Shown here one piece after another: positions 25,373 through 37,547 of a stretch of DNA of 64,000 nt. The first letter of the stretch is position 1. Each line of letters starts with the position of its first letter. This stretch comes from Heterodontus francisci (taxonomy: Eukaryota). The position numbers and the translations under genes are program-made. Under the pieces are notes generated by a model, which had not been told where the DNA came from, did no database searches, and saw only the letters and a program-made list of their open reading frames with translations. The DNA is taken from assembly GCF_036365525.1 (NCBI RefSeq), contig NC_090399.1, forward strand, positions 46,346,430-46,410,429, in the 5' to 3' direction.

Positions 25373-26134
25373 TTAGCATCATCTTTTTGATTGGCTCCAT
25401 GGATTATTATGTCATCCATATGGCAAATAATTCCATCCAATCCTTGACATCGTCCTCTGAAAAGATCTCAGGCACTGATGTTATTCCAAATGGTAAACCT
25501 GTTAAAAGAGACTCTTTCAAATGGTGTCACAAATGTTGTTAAAAGCTTTGATTCCTCGTCTCAGGGTAATTGCCAAAATCAGCTGTTTGCGTCCAATTTG
25601 GTGAAAATTGAGCTCCTCCCTAGTTCAGCCAAACTCCCATCTGTTGCTGACATTGGATGTATTTCTCTTCCCAATCCCTTAGTCAGTCCCGTGAGATCAA
25701 CACAAATTCTAACTGAACCCTTAGTTTCTTCACTTGGACCATACCCGGGCACCATCCTGTAGGTTTTGTTCAAGGTGAAATGACTCCTTTGTCTTGGCAT
25801 TAATTCAATTTTCTTTTTCCTTTTTTTCTAGAAGGAGTTGTGGGACTTTCCTAGGTGTATACAAACACACTTGCTCTACTTCCTAATATGGTATGACGTT
25901 TTTAACTTTCCAATCCTTCTTAGAAATTTGGCTCGAAAATATCTAAGCTGGTCTTCCTTACATTCGAGTTCTTCCACTCTATCTATGAGTTGTAAGTCTA
26001 TTCAAGCATTCCTACTTAGCAGTGACCAACTTTGCTTTTAAATTACATATAAAGACTCAGCAATTTCCTTTCCCTGGTAATTCAATGTTGAATTTAACGC
26101 TCCCATTATGCCTCCAGGCCCATATAATTTTTTC

Positions 26135-26230
26135 ATAACAAAAACAGAAAGTGCTGGAAATATTCAGCAAGTCTGGCAGCAACTGTGGAAAGAGAAGCCA
26201 AGTTAACTTTTCAGGTCGGTGACCTTTCAT
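26135..26230 (-). mobile_element. Degenerate copy 3 of the hammerhead-bearing element
   Basis: CAGCAAGTCTGGCAGCAACTGTGGAAAGAGAAGCCAAGTTAACTTTTCAGGTCGGTGACCTTTCAT aligns to copies 1 and 2. Confidence 0.65.
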
Positions 26231-26342
26231 AATTTTTCACCTGATGGTTTGAGTTTTCTATTTCAGTCACAGTTCTGTGTCTGATAGAACTCAAACTGCT
26301 ACTCCTGTGTCCAGTTTAAAATGAGTCTTGTTTCCTTCCAAT

Positions 26343-26486
26343 CAGTAATAAAGCAAACACCCAGACATCGGCCGCGCAGCCAGTAATAGGCCTCGCATCC
26401 AGTAATAAACCACACACATAGTAATAAGCCACGCACCCAGTAATAAACCTCGCGCCCAGTAATAAACCTCACGCCCAGTAATAAAT
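26343..26486 (+). repeat. 19-bp minisatellite (CAGTAATAAACCTCGCGCC), ~6 copies
   Basis: Direct reading; AGTAATA recurs every 19 bp from 26382. Confidence 0.85.
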
Positions 26487-26489
26487 CGG

Positions 26490-27225
26490 ACACTCAGTCA
26501 CAAACCATGCAATTACCTCCTCAAAGATTTGACTGGGTTTGTTAGAGCTAACCTACTCTTTACAAATGCATTCTGGCTCTCTTTGATCAACTCAGAATTG
26601 TCCAAATAACCAGTCTCTTTGATGCTGATAAGTGATTCAGTAACTGATGTTATTATAATAGGCTTATATTTTCCTAGTTTGTCTCTATTGCCCTTCGTAA
26701 ACAGATTTGTGGCAATTTTCCAATCTGAGAATTAATTCCTGAATTGAGAGAGTCTGAGAAGGTACAGCGTTAATAATATCCTCTTAATTTTCAGGGGTGG
26801 TCCTGGATATTGGCCTGTCTTTAATAATATTCATTTCTCCAGCAACAGTTTTTCCCACAAGTTTTGGAGTTAGTTCCTCCTCTTGATTTATTTTTAGCTT
26901 TCCACCAATCTCTGGTATTTTACCCTCTTCCTCTACTGTGAATACCGAGACTAAGTAACTAGTTAGGAAATTAGTCATTTCCTGATTTCCTGTTACAATA
27001 TCAGCTGTGGCTGCCTTAAAGGGTCCACATTACCTTTAGCCACCCTCTTTCTCTTAATATATTTGTAAAAGCCATTAGTCTTGGTTTGTTCTTGTGTTCC
27101 GTTTTGAGACTCTTTTCCCTTTTTTCGTATCCCTTTGTTCTGTGTATTGTTCCCAATAAGTGGGATCTCTATTGATCTGTGCATTCCTATCAGCTCTCTG
27201 CTTTACTTTTATACAATCTCTCATT
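26490..27225 (-). mobile_element. Old CR1 ORF2 fragment
   Basis: FYKYIKRKRVAKGNVDPL, YLVSVFTVEE. Confidence 0.65.
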
Positions 27226-27227
27226 TC

Positions 27228-27577
27228 ACTTTAGTTTAGAGATACAGCACTGAAACAGGCCCTTCGGCCCACCGAGTCTGTGCCGACCATCAACCACCCA
27301 TTTATACTAATCCTGCACTAATTCCATATTCCTACCACATCCCCACCTGTCCCTATATTTCCCGACCACCTACCTACACTAGGGACAATTGCTAATGGCC
27401 AATTTACCTATCAACCTGCAAGTCTTTGGCATGTGGGAGGAAACCGGAGCACCCGGAGGAAACCCACGCAGACACAGGGAGAACTTGCAAACTCCACACA
27501 GGCAGTACCCAGAATTGAACCCGGGTCGCTGGAGCTGTGAGGCTGCGGTGCTAACCACTGCGCCACTGTGCCGCCCC
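27228..27577 (-). mobile_element. HE1-like V-SINE, full length
   Basis: Nearly identical to 13237-13582; (TAAAC)n-type tail. Confidence 0.9.
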
Positions 27578-27708
27578 CGACTACACTATACCCTCCTCCC
27601 CACTATTCCCCCCTCCTCCTCCCCACTATTCCCCCTCCCCCTATTTCCCCCTCCCCACTACTCCCTCCTCCCCACTATTCCCCCCTCCCCCTCCCCACTA
27701 TTCCCCCT
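27578..27708 (+). repeat. C-rich repeat (CCTCCCCACTATTCCCC), inverted copy of the G-rich array
   Basis: Reverse complement of the units at 28230-30410. Confidence 0.85.
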
Positions 27709-27823
27709 CGGCTCACCGAGTCTGTGCCGATCATCAACCACCCATTTACACTAATCCTACACTAATTCCATATTCCTACCACATCCCCACCTGTCCCTAT
27801 ATTTCCCTACCACCTACCTATAC
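27709..27823 (-). mobile_element. Partial second HE1-like SINE (3' region only)
   Basis: Repeats 27265-27378 almost exactly. Confidence 0.85.
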
Positions 27824-27897
27824 AATGAGCCTGAACTGAATTTAGAACCCTGGTTCGTGACTTACCTTCTCCCTCTCAAACCCAATATCATCATCAT

Positions 27898-30840
27898 GGG
27901 CAGAATTTTAACTCCAATGGGAGGTGGGATTCGGGTGCGGACCCCAGGTGAGGGAGGAGGCGGGTGAAGCCCCGAAGCATGTCATTGGCCTGGCAACCCA
28001 ACATGATCCCGCCCAATTGCGGGATTGACCTGGGAGAGTTTGCAGGTGAGTGGGAAACCCCCCCGCCGCCCCCCACGGAGCAGTCGGATAGGCAATGTCA
28101 ATATATAAATCCGAATCAACTGAGAATTTAACTCAGCATTCTGGCTTTAACAGCCAGTGCACGGGTTTCCTGAGCGATATGGAACTCACCAGGGTCAACA
28201 GGGTAAGTGCACAGTGGGCATATGGGGCGGATGGGGGAATGGTGGGGAGGAGAGAGGGGGAGGGGGTGAGGGGGAATAGTGGGGGAGGGAGTGAGGGGGG
28301 AATAGTGGGGTGGGGAGCGGAGGGGAGGAGGAAATAGCAGGGCAGGGGAATAGTGGGTAGGGGGAGGGGGGAATAGTGGGGAGGAGGGAGTAGTGGGGAG
28401 GGGGAAATAGGGGGAGGGGGAATAGTGGGGAGGAGGGTGTAGTGGGGAGGGGGAAATAGTGGAGGGGGAATAGTGGGGAGGAGGGAGTAGTGGGGAGGGG
28501 GAAATAGGGGGAGGGGGAATAGTGGGCATGGGGAAATGGGGGAGGGGGAATAGTGGGGAGGGGGAATAGTGGGGAGGAGGAGGGGGAATAGGGGGAGGGG
28601 GGAATAGTGGTGAGGAGGGAGTAGTGGGGAGGGGGAAATAGTTGGGAGGGGGAAATAGTGGGGAGGGAGGGGGAATAGTGGGGAGGAAGGAGTAGTGGGG
28701 AGGGGGAAATAGGGGGAAGGGGAATAGTGGGGAGTGGGAATAGTGGGGAGGGGAGGGGGAATAGTGTGGAGGGGGGAATAGGAGGGAGGGGGGAATAGTG
28801 GGGAGGGGAGGAAAATAGTGGGGAGGGGGAATAGTGGTTAGGAGGAAGTAGTGGGGAGGGTGAAATAGGGGGAGGGGGAAATGAGGAGGGGGAAATAGGG
28901 GGAGGGGGAGGGGGAATAGGGGGAGGGGGAATAGTGGAGAGGAGGGAGTAGTAGGGAGGGGAAATAGGGGGAGGGGGAATAGTGGGGAGGAGGGAGTTGT
29001 GGGGAGGGGGAAATAGGGGGAGGGGGAATAGTGGGGAGGGGGAATAGTGGGGAGGGGGAGGGGGAAATAGGGGGAGGGCGAATAGTGGGAGGGGGAGATG
29101 GGAAGGGGAAATAGTGGGCGGGGGAAATAGGGGGAGGGGGAATAGTTGGGAAGGGGAAATAGGGGAGGGGGAAATGGGGAGGGGGAAATAGGGGGAGGGC
29201 GAATAGTGGGAGGGGGGAGGTGGGAGGGGGAAATAGGGGGAGGGGGAACAGTGGGGAAGGGGAAATAGGGGAGGGGGAAAGGGGGAGGGGGAGAGGTAAA
29301 TAGGGGGAGGGGGAATAGGGGGAGGGGGGAATAGTGGGGAGGAGGGAGTAGAGTGGAGGGGAATTAGGGGGAGGGGGAATAGTGGGGAGGGGGAGGGTGT
29401 AATAGGGGGAGGGCAAATAGTGGGGAGGGGGAAAATAGGGGGAGGGGGAAACAGCAGAGGGGGAAACAGAGGGAGGAGGAAACAGGGGGAGGGGGTGGGG
29501 GAAATAGGGGGAATAGTGGGGAGGGGGACGGGGAAATAGGGGAAGGGGGAATAATGGGGAGGGGGGAATAGTGGGGAGGGGGGAAATAGTGGGGAGGGGG
29601 ATGGGGAGGGAGAGGAGGAGGGGTCAAGAGTGGGCAGTGGGTAAATAGTGGGGAGGCAAATAGTGGAGAGACGGGGAAGGGGGAAATAGTGGGGAGAGGG
29701 GGGAGGGGGAAATAGTGGGAAGGGGAGGTGGGAGAGGGGAATAGTGGGAGAGGGAGGGAGGGGGAATGGTGGAAAGAGGGGAGGGAGGGTGGGGGGAATA
29801 GTGAGGAGGGAGAATAGTGAGGAGGGGGTGAGGGGGATAGTGGGGAGGCGATGAGGGCGGATAGTGGACAGGTGGTGAGAATGAGAAGTGGGGAAGGGGT
29901 GAGGGGAGTATAGTGGGGAGGGGGAGAGGGGGAAATAGTGGGAAGGGGAGGTGGGAGAGGGGAATAGTGGGAGAGGGAGGGAGGGGGGAATGGTGGGAAG
30001 AGGGGAGGGAGGGTGGGGGGAATAGTGAGCAGGGGGTGAGGGGGGAAGTGGGGAGGCGATGAGGGCGGATAGTGGGCAGGTGGTGAGAATGAGAAGTGGG
30101 GAAGGGGTGAGGGGAGTATAGTGGGGAGGGGATGAGGGGGGAAGTGTGGAGGGGGGAGGCTGAATTAGGGAAGGGGGAATGGGGAAGTTGGGAGGGGTGA
30201 GGGGAGTATAGTGGGGAGGGGTTGATAGGGGAATAGTGGGGAGGGGGGTTAGGGGGGTTAGTGGGGGGGATGTGGGGAGGGAGTGTGGGCAGATATTGGG
30301 GAGGGGTGAGGAGGGAAGGGCGGAGGGGTGAGGGGAGTATGGTGGGGAGGGGTGAGGGGGAAGTGGGTAGGGGTGAGGGGGCAATAGTGTGGAGGCGGTG
30401 AGGGGGGTTTGCTTCAGTAGAACTGACAGGATGGGATGTCTCCAAAGAGTGAAACTGAAAAGCCGCTTCCCTGCCTAGGTGAGAGGCAGCTGCTCACAGA
30501 GAGTATGCTCTCTCTGCTTGACAGGCTATATTTAAATCATGGGAAGTCCATTCACCTGCCTTCACCTTGATCTGCATTTCCCTGCTGCCAGCCTTCACTG
30601 CAGCATGGGAGCAGCTTCGACAGCTCCACCTTGGATAAGGAACAAAAGGAGCAGCAACTCCAACACTAACAGCACCAGCAGCACCAGCAGCACCAGCAGG
30701 AGCAACACCACGAGCAGCAGCACCAGCAGGAGCAACACCAGCAGCAGCAGCAGTTGTCTTCTCTTCAGTCCCATGGTGCTGAGGACATGCCTAGAGAGAG
30801 AGGAATGAGTGGAGCTGCAAGGTGTGTTACTCTGAGGAAT
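27898..30840 (+). mobile_element. Possible PIF/Harbinger DNA-transposon remnant (left end plus Q/H-rich ORF start) hosting the G-rich array
   Basis: GGGCAGAATTTT terminal-like motif at 27898; degenerate frame ..QHQQHQQEQHHEQQ..SHGAEDMPRERG at 30635-30830; no matching right TIR and no catalytic domain seen. Confidence 0.3.
28230..30410 (+). repeat. G/purine-rich low-complexity array (GGGGAATAGTGGGGAGG)n, ~2.2 kb
   Basis: Direct reading; extreme G/A strand asymmetry. Confidence 0.97.
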
Positions 30841-30879
30841 GTTGTGCAGGAAAATGCTTGTTCAAGAAGGGTTGTAAGG

Positions 30880-32400
30880 ACCTTCCTAGTAACTAGTTTA
30901 ACATCAGTGGTGGGTAAGGTTTTAGAAAAAATAATCAGTGAAAAAAATGACCAGATACTTGGAGAAGTTTGAGTTAATTAGGGAGAGCCAGCGCAGTTTT
31001 GTAAAAGGCAGATTGTGTTTGACTAATCTAATCGAAGTTGTTGATGAAGTAACAGAAAAGGCTGATGAAGGGAATGCGGTGGATGTTGTTTATATGGATT
31101 TTAAGAAAGCATTTGATAATGCACCATATAAAAGGCTGGTTAACAAAACTGAGGCACATGGAATAGGAGGGTCAGTGTTAGTTTGAATACAAATTGACTT
31201 AAGGACAGAAAACAGCGAGTCATGGTAAACGGCTGTTTTTCAGACTGGAGGATGGGAGACAGTGGTGTTCCTCAAGGGTCAGTGCTGGGACCACTGCTTT
31301 TTTGATATATATATATATATACATAAATGACTTGGATCGTGGAATACAGAGTTAAATTTCAAAATTTGCCAATGGCACCAAACTTGGATATGTGGCAGGC
31401 AGTGAGACTATGTAACAGGACATAGATAGACTAGCAGAATGGGCAGACTGGTGGCAAATGGAATTTAATACAGAGAAGTGTGAGGTGATGCATTTTGGCA
31501 GAAGTGATAGGGAGAAGCAATATAGACTTAATGGCACAGTTCTAAAGAATGTGCAGGGGCAGAGGGACCGGGGGGTGCATGTGCATCGATCTTTGAAGAT
31601 GGCAGGACCTATTGAGAGAGTGATCAGCAAAGCGTATGGAATCTTGGGCTTTGAAAATGTGGGCATTGAATACAAAAGCAGGGAAGTTATGCTGAACCTT
31701 TATAAAGCTCTGGTTAGGCCCCAACTGGAGTATTGCATCCAGTTCTGGCCACCACACTTTGAGAAGGATGTGAGAGTCCTTGAGAGGGTGCAGAGGAGAT
31801 TTAACAGAATGGTTCCAGGGATGAAGGAATTTAGTTACAAGGCTGGGCTGGAGAAGCTGGGATTGTTCTCCTTGGAGCAAAGGAGATTGAAGGGAGATTT
31901 GATAAAGGTGAACAAGAGCTGTTCCTCTTAGCAGATGTTACAAAGACTAGGGGACATAGATTGAAGGTTTTGGGCAAGAGATTCAGGAGGAATATGAGGA
32001 ACAACTGTTTTTATTCAGCGAGTGGTAATGGCCTGGAATGCGCTGCCCTTTTAAGGCAGAGGTAGATCGATTCTCGATAAGCAAGGGGGTGAAAGGTTAT
32101 CAGAGGTAGGTGGAAATGTGGAGTAATCAGTTCAGCCATGAACTTATTGAATGGCGGAGCAGGCTCGAAGTGTCGGGTGACCTACTGCTGCTCCGAATTG
32201 ATATGTTCGTCTGAGGGTGGTGGAAGCAGAGACGATCAATGATTTTAAAAGGAAACTGCATGGGAACTTGAGGGAAATAAACTTGCAGGGCTGCGGGGAT
32301 GGAGCAGGAGAATGAGACTGACTGGACAGCTCATGGAGAGCTGGCACGGAGTAGATGGGCCAAATGGCCTCCTTCTGTGCAATAATGATTCTATTATTCT
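30880..32400 (+). mobile_element. CR1 ORF2 3' half, with a nested CR1 tail at ~32050-32210
   Basis: [53 protein letters not shown]. Confidence 0.9.
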
Positions 32401-33112
32401 AAGAGAGAAGTAGAAAGGCAGAGAGGTTTAGGGAGGGAATTCCAGAGCTTCCAGGGCATAAACAGCTGACGGCCTAGCCTCCAATGGTAGAGCAATAAAA
32501 ACTGGGGACAGCCAAGGGAGCAGAATTTTGGGAACGCAGAGATCTCGGAGGGTTTTAGGGCTGGGTAGGTTTACAGAGATGGGAAGGGGTGAGGCCATGG
32601 AGGCAAAGCTAGGATGAGCATTTAAAAATTGAGTTGTTGTTTAACTGGGAGCCAATGTAGGTCAGAGAGTAATGGGTAAATGGCACTTGGTGCAAGTTAG
32701 GACACGGGCAGCAGAGGTTTGGACGCTCTCAAGTTTACAGAGAGTAGAATATTGGAGGCCAGCGAGGATTGTGTTGAAATAGTCAAGTATAGAGGTAACC
32801 AAGACATGGATGCGGGTTCCAACAACAGATGAGCTAAGGCATAAGCAGAATCGAGTGATTTTTTTTCAGAAGTGGTTGTCGGCTGAGTTAGTGATAGAGC
32901 AGATATGTGGTCTGAAGCTCATCTCAGGGTCAAATACAACACCGAGATTGTGAACAGTCTGGATCAGCCTGGGGCAATTGCCAGGGGAAGGATGGAGCCG
33001 ATGGCTAAGGATCAGAGTTTGTGGTGGGGACTGATGACAATGGCATCAATCTTCCCAATATTTAGTTGGTGGAAATTTCTGCTTATCCAGCACTGAATGC
33101 CAGACAAACAAT
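32401..33112 (-). mobile_element. L2 fragment
   Basis: Homologous in reverse to 7900-8440 and 9570-9680. Confidence 0.7.
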
Positions 33113-33129
33113 GTCTTTTAAGTGTTGTT

Positions 33130-33480
33130 TTCCAAGTCATAACAACTGGCTGCATTATAAGAGAAATTCTCCTCTCCCCTCTGGTTCTTTTGCCAACTAC
33201 CTTAAATCTGTGTCCTTTTGGTTACCGACCCTTTCTGTTTAGTTTCCTCCCACTTGCTCGATCAACATCCTTCATAATTTTGAATATCCCTATGAAATTT
33301 TGCCTTAGCCTTCTCTGCTGTAAGGAGAACAATCCCAGCTTCTCCAGTCTCTCCACATTAACTGAAGCCTCTCAGCTCTGTTGCCATTCTAGTCAATATC
33401 TGCATTCTCTTTAAGGCTTCGACAAACTCCGGAAAGTGTGATGCCCAGAACTGGACACAATACTGCAGCTAATTTATAAA
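33130..33480 (-). mobile_element. Old CR1 3' fragment
   Basis: QLQYCVQFWASHF and EKLGLFSL-like sequence. Confidence 0.6.
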
Positions 33481-34261
33481 TGTTTTCTTCAGTGCGTTGA
33501 TTCACGCCTCCGTGCGATTTAAAGGATCACAGTATGCAGAAACGGGGTGAATTGTCAACTTTGGCATTGGGGCCTGAATCCGGCCTTGGGAATCTTCCAC
33601 TGTGTATAGATAGCGCGCGGTTTTCATTTCCATTAGAAGGGAGAATCTGGGAGGTTATGTAATGAGCAGCAGATCCACATTCAACATTCGCATCGAGCAG
33701 CTAAAAGTTAATGTCACCCACACCACGATACTGAAAACCAGATGGTTTCTGTAATGAGGGCCTGTGAACTTCACCTGATTCATGTCCCAGCAGGAAATTG
33801 AAGATCTACCCTGTTAGATTGTGCCAACAGTTCCAAGAAATTACGATACGATAACGATTGACTCCAGTTCCTTTGAGGATTATTCTAACTTTGGGCAGTG
33901 AAACAGTGATATTATATTGTCTGTCCATTTTAAACCTGATACTCCTCTGCATTGCCTTCAATACAGAAGAAAATTAGCCAAGGTGTATAATGGGCATTTA
34001 ATTGGACATGGTCCATTTTACACCATGGCGGAGAAACCAAATTACCCCCCATTGTGTAACCGATGGGGTAATATAGACCATTAACATTTCCTATTGCTTT
34101 GGTAAAGAGTTCTAATCAAATGAGATTATGATTTTACTTGGAATATTGATGACTAAGAAATCTGTCAGCCGTATTTACAATTGTGTTCATTTCCTGGATT
34201 GTTCCTGACCGACCGCTGCTGGAAGATGGACTGATATTCTCAGGAAACATACCAATGCATA

Positions 34262-34593
34262 GGGCGGCACAGTGGCGCAGTGGTTAGCACCGCAGCCTCA
34301 CAGCTCCAGTGACCCGGGTTCGGTTCTGGGTACTGTCTCTGTGGAGTTTGCAAGCTCTCCCTGTGACTGTGTGGGTTTCTGCCGGGTGCTCCGGTTTCCT
34401 CCCACAGCCAAAGACTTGCAGGTTGATAGGTTTATTGGCCATTATAAATTGCCCCTAGTGTAGGTAGGTGATAGGAGAATGGTGGGGATGTGGTAGGGAA
34501 TATGGGGTTAATGTAGGATTAGTATAAATGGGTGGTTGTTGGTCGGCACAGACTTGGTGGGCCGAAGGGCCTGTTTCAGTGCTGTATCTGTCT
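34262..34593 (+). mobile_element. HE1-like V-SINE, full length
   Basis: A box TGGCGCAGTGG, B box GGTTCGGTTC, V domain, tail GGGCCGAAGGGCCTGTTTCAGTGCTGTATC. Confidence 0.9.
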
Positions 34594-34599
34594 ATGACA

Positions 34600-37283
34600 T
34601 TGGGACCAATATTTACAGTCTCCCAGCCACTGGGCAATAACATGCAGTGGGAGGAGCTTTAACTGTGGATGATGGTGCGAAATTGTCAAAATCCAACTAG
34701 TCTCCTAGCTGGTATTTCCTTCCATCAAAGTCAATGGAAAATTGAGGCATGCAATGAAGCCCATTATAGTCGAAGGCGCAACCCATGGACCACATAAGCA
34801 ATACCCTATCAAAGCAAAGACAGAACCAGCGGTTCAGGCAATCATACAGGGCTTATTAGCTGAGGGTATAGTTAGAGAAACTACATCTACAACAAAGGCT
34901 CCACTCAGGAAGCCTGACAGTGTCTGGCCGCTTAGCATATATTGGACAGCACTTCATCAATGTACATCCAGACTGCAACCCACTGTAGCAAGCCCGGTCA
35001 CAGTACTAACTGGGCTAAGCCAAGAACACAAAATATTCACGGTCCTGGATATTTCGAATGGTTTCTGGAGCTTGCCCCCGGCTCAGGAGTCACAAAACAA
35101 GTTTGCATTCACCGTAGGAGGTGAACAGTACATGTGGACCAGACTGCCTCAAGAGTTCCACAATAGTCCAGTAGTATTCCATCAGGCCATGGTTCAGGCC
35201 TTAGGGAATATAAATCTAAATCTAACCCCAGACAGTGCTGCAGCATGTGGACGATTTAGTGATCACATCCGAACTACAGCGGGGAACACTGCGGAGCATT
35301 GGTGTACACCCTGCAGCCCCTCCAAAACCAAGGATTTAAGGTTAGCCCGAAGAAAGTGCAAATTCGACAGGGAGCTGTGCACTACCTGGGGCACAAGGCA
35401 ATGTCTGATGACCAATGGCAGGCAAAGTGTCGCGACTGGCCAATGTACGAGGAGTTCGGAAAGTAACACGGTCGTTTAACAACTGCCGAAATTTTATACC
35501 GAACTTTGCTGTGATCACAGCTCCAATTCAGAGCCTAACCAAAATGGGACGAGTCCCCTGGAACCAGTGCAATGGGGACCAGAGCAGAAGGGGGCCAAAT
35601 ACAGCCGTTAAGCTGGCCTTGACCTCAGCCCCTGCCCTGGGACTCCCAGATATGTCAGAGCCTTTCCACTTGTATTGTAGCGAGGGAGGGTTTTACACGG
35701 GAAAGTTAAGAACAGCATTAGATAGTTGCAGGGTGACATGGCAGGCAGTGCCAGTCCCAGGAGACGAGTCTGTACGGATAATCAGAGATAGCAGAGTAAA
35801 CCCCGCAGGCAGTACGCTTACTGAAAGGGGAGAGCGCAGATGTGAGCTGGCTGTTGAAAGCGAGGAAAGCTGTGCTGTAAAAGACACTCCATTAAAGGGA
35901 GACAGTGACGTGTTTGCCAATGGCTCAGGGGAATTCAGAGATGGGTCACCGCACACCGGATGGGCGGCGGTCGAATGGGACGGCCAGATGGTGCGGCAGG
36001 GAGCCCTGCCAGGAGGTGCCTGAGCTCAGGGAGCAGAACTCCTGGCCCTCACTGAGGCGCTGCGATCCTGCGAAGGGAAATGCGTAACTACCTACACAGA
36101 GAGTCAGTATACATCTGGAGTGGTGCATGACTATATGACATCACGGGCCTGAAGAGGCTTTGTGACGTCAGGAGGGGTCAGAATTAAACATGAACACATA
36201 GTGAAGGCATTTGTAAAAAGCCTCTGAGCTTCCCACTGAAACAGCCAGTGGTGAAAATAAAGCAGCAGAAAGCAGAGGACTGGCAGCAGATGGGAAACAC
36301 CGATAGACACAGCGGCCAAGGCAGCTGTAAAGCTGCTGCGCCCAAACGCGGGCCTAGTGGCGCTCTCTGTCATGGAGCCTGAAGAAGTGGATATTGTAAA
36401 ATTAGGCACAGATACCTCAGTGGAAGAAACAGAAGGACAGCAAAAGAGGATGCTGATGGAGTGTGGAAATTAGACGGGACAGACCGCCTAGCAGCACCTG
36501 AGTGCGTTCGGCCAAATTTGCTGAGAATTTATCATGGAGATATACACCAAGCAAAACATGGAACGCTACTCGCCGGGGAGATGCTGATGGTGGCCGGGCA
36601 TGGGCCGGGATGTAGGACTTGGCTACACAAAGATGTTTCATCTGTGTGCAGCTGGAGTGGGGGTGGGGTGCATAAAGTTGCACTTGGGAAAATCAACCCA
36701 GACCAAGAGGGGCTTGGGCAAATTGAATTTACAGGACCCCTTCCTAAGAGCAGAGGGAGAACTTATTGTTCTGTAAAAATAGATCAATACAGCAGGCTGG
36801 TGAAGACATTTCCAAAGCAAAACTACACCACAGACACAGCTGTCAGGAAACTAGCAGAAGAAGTGAAACCACGGTGGGGAGTTCCCCTGCAGATAGACTC
36901 TGACCGAGGAATCTATTTTACAGGCAATGTTATGAAAACTGCACTGGAAGTCAAAGAAAGGCTTCAGGGATGGTGAAGCATATGAATCGAACTTCAAAAA
37001 CTGTGTTTCAAAAACAATTGCAAGCACAGGGATAAATTGAGTAGATGTACTCTCAGCAGTACTGCTGGGGCTACAGGCCGTTCCTAACCGAACAACAGGA
37101 CTGACCCTTTAAGAGCTAATGACTGGAAGGGCTATGAGACTCTCTGAGGGATTGGACCCCTGAAGGACAGAATCACATGCGATATGACGGAACTGTGCAA
37201 ACAGCTCCGAGGAATGAAAGCAGACATGAAACGGCAGCAAGAAGCCGCTGACAGGGAGAGACAGGGACCCGAGTTGAAGCTGC
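34600..37283 (+). pseudogene. pol: Endogenous retrovirus pol (RT, tether, RNase H, integrase), degenerate; foamy/loki-like
   Basis: PHKQYPIK, TVLDISNGFWSL, QYMWTRLPQEFHNSP, HVDD, ALTSAPALGLPD tether, second RNase H VFANGS..GWAAV..AQGAELLAL, IN QIEFTGPLP..PLQIDSDRGIYFTG. Confidence 0.85.
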
Positions 37284-37547
37284 CTTTTTTTTTACAAAAT
37301 ATACTTTATTCATAAAAATCTGTGAAAAATACATTTCCAAACAGTTTAAAACAGCATCAAGTCAAAAAATGCAAACAGTGCAAAGGTGATCAGTTTCCTT
37401 CTATACAATCATTAGTTGCCTCACAACCCTTCCATTTCATTGTTATGCCAATTACATTTTTACATTTACATCACACAAAATTTTCCTGATACAGTTCGAG
37501 GGGTTTCCCATGGATCCAGCCCCTCCTTTCAGCTTGGTGGGGGGACC

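Larger units (their letters stand above)
23935..26340 (-). mobile_element. pol: Degenerate Ty3/Gypsy pol (Mag/K02A2.6-like): RT, RNase H, start of IN
   Basis: VRICVDLT..FTKLDANS, FGITSVPEIF, CHMDD, IEKEALA, ILGLQFEI, YSLNGWP, VWWP-like motifs, heavily disrupted. Confidence 0.8.

Noticed and set aside
28195-30445. 729-aa proline-rich (extensin-like) ORFs
   Set aside because: By-product of the C-rich strand of a low-complexity array; open in several frames
33545-33811. MITE with degenerate TIRs (GGGTGAATTGTCAA / TTGAAGATCTACCC)
   Set aside because: TIR match is weak and no TSD is evident
34262-34335. tRNA gene
   Set aside because: It is the tRNA-derived head of a V-SINE, continuing into the V domain and CR1 tail; the same applies near 13510-13582 and 27505-27577
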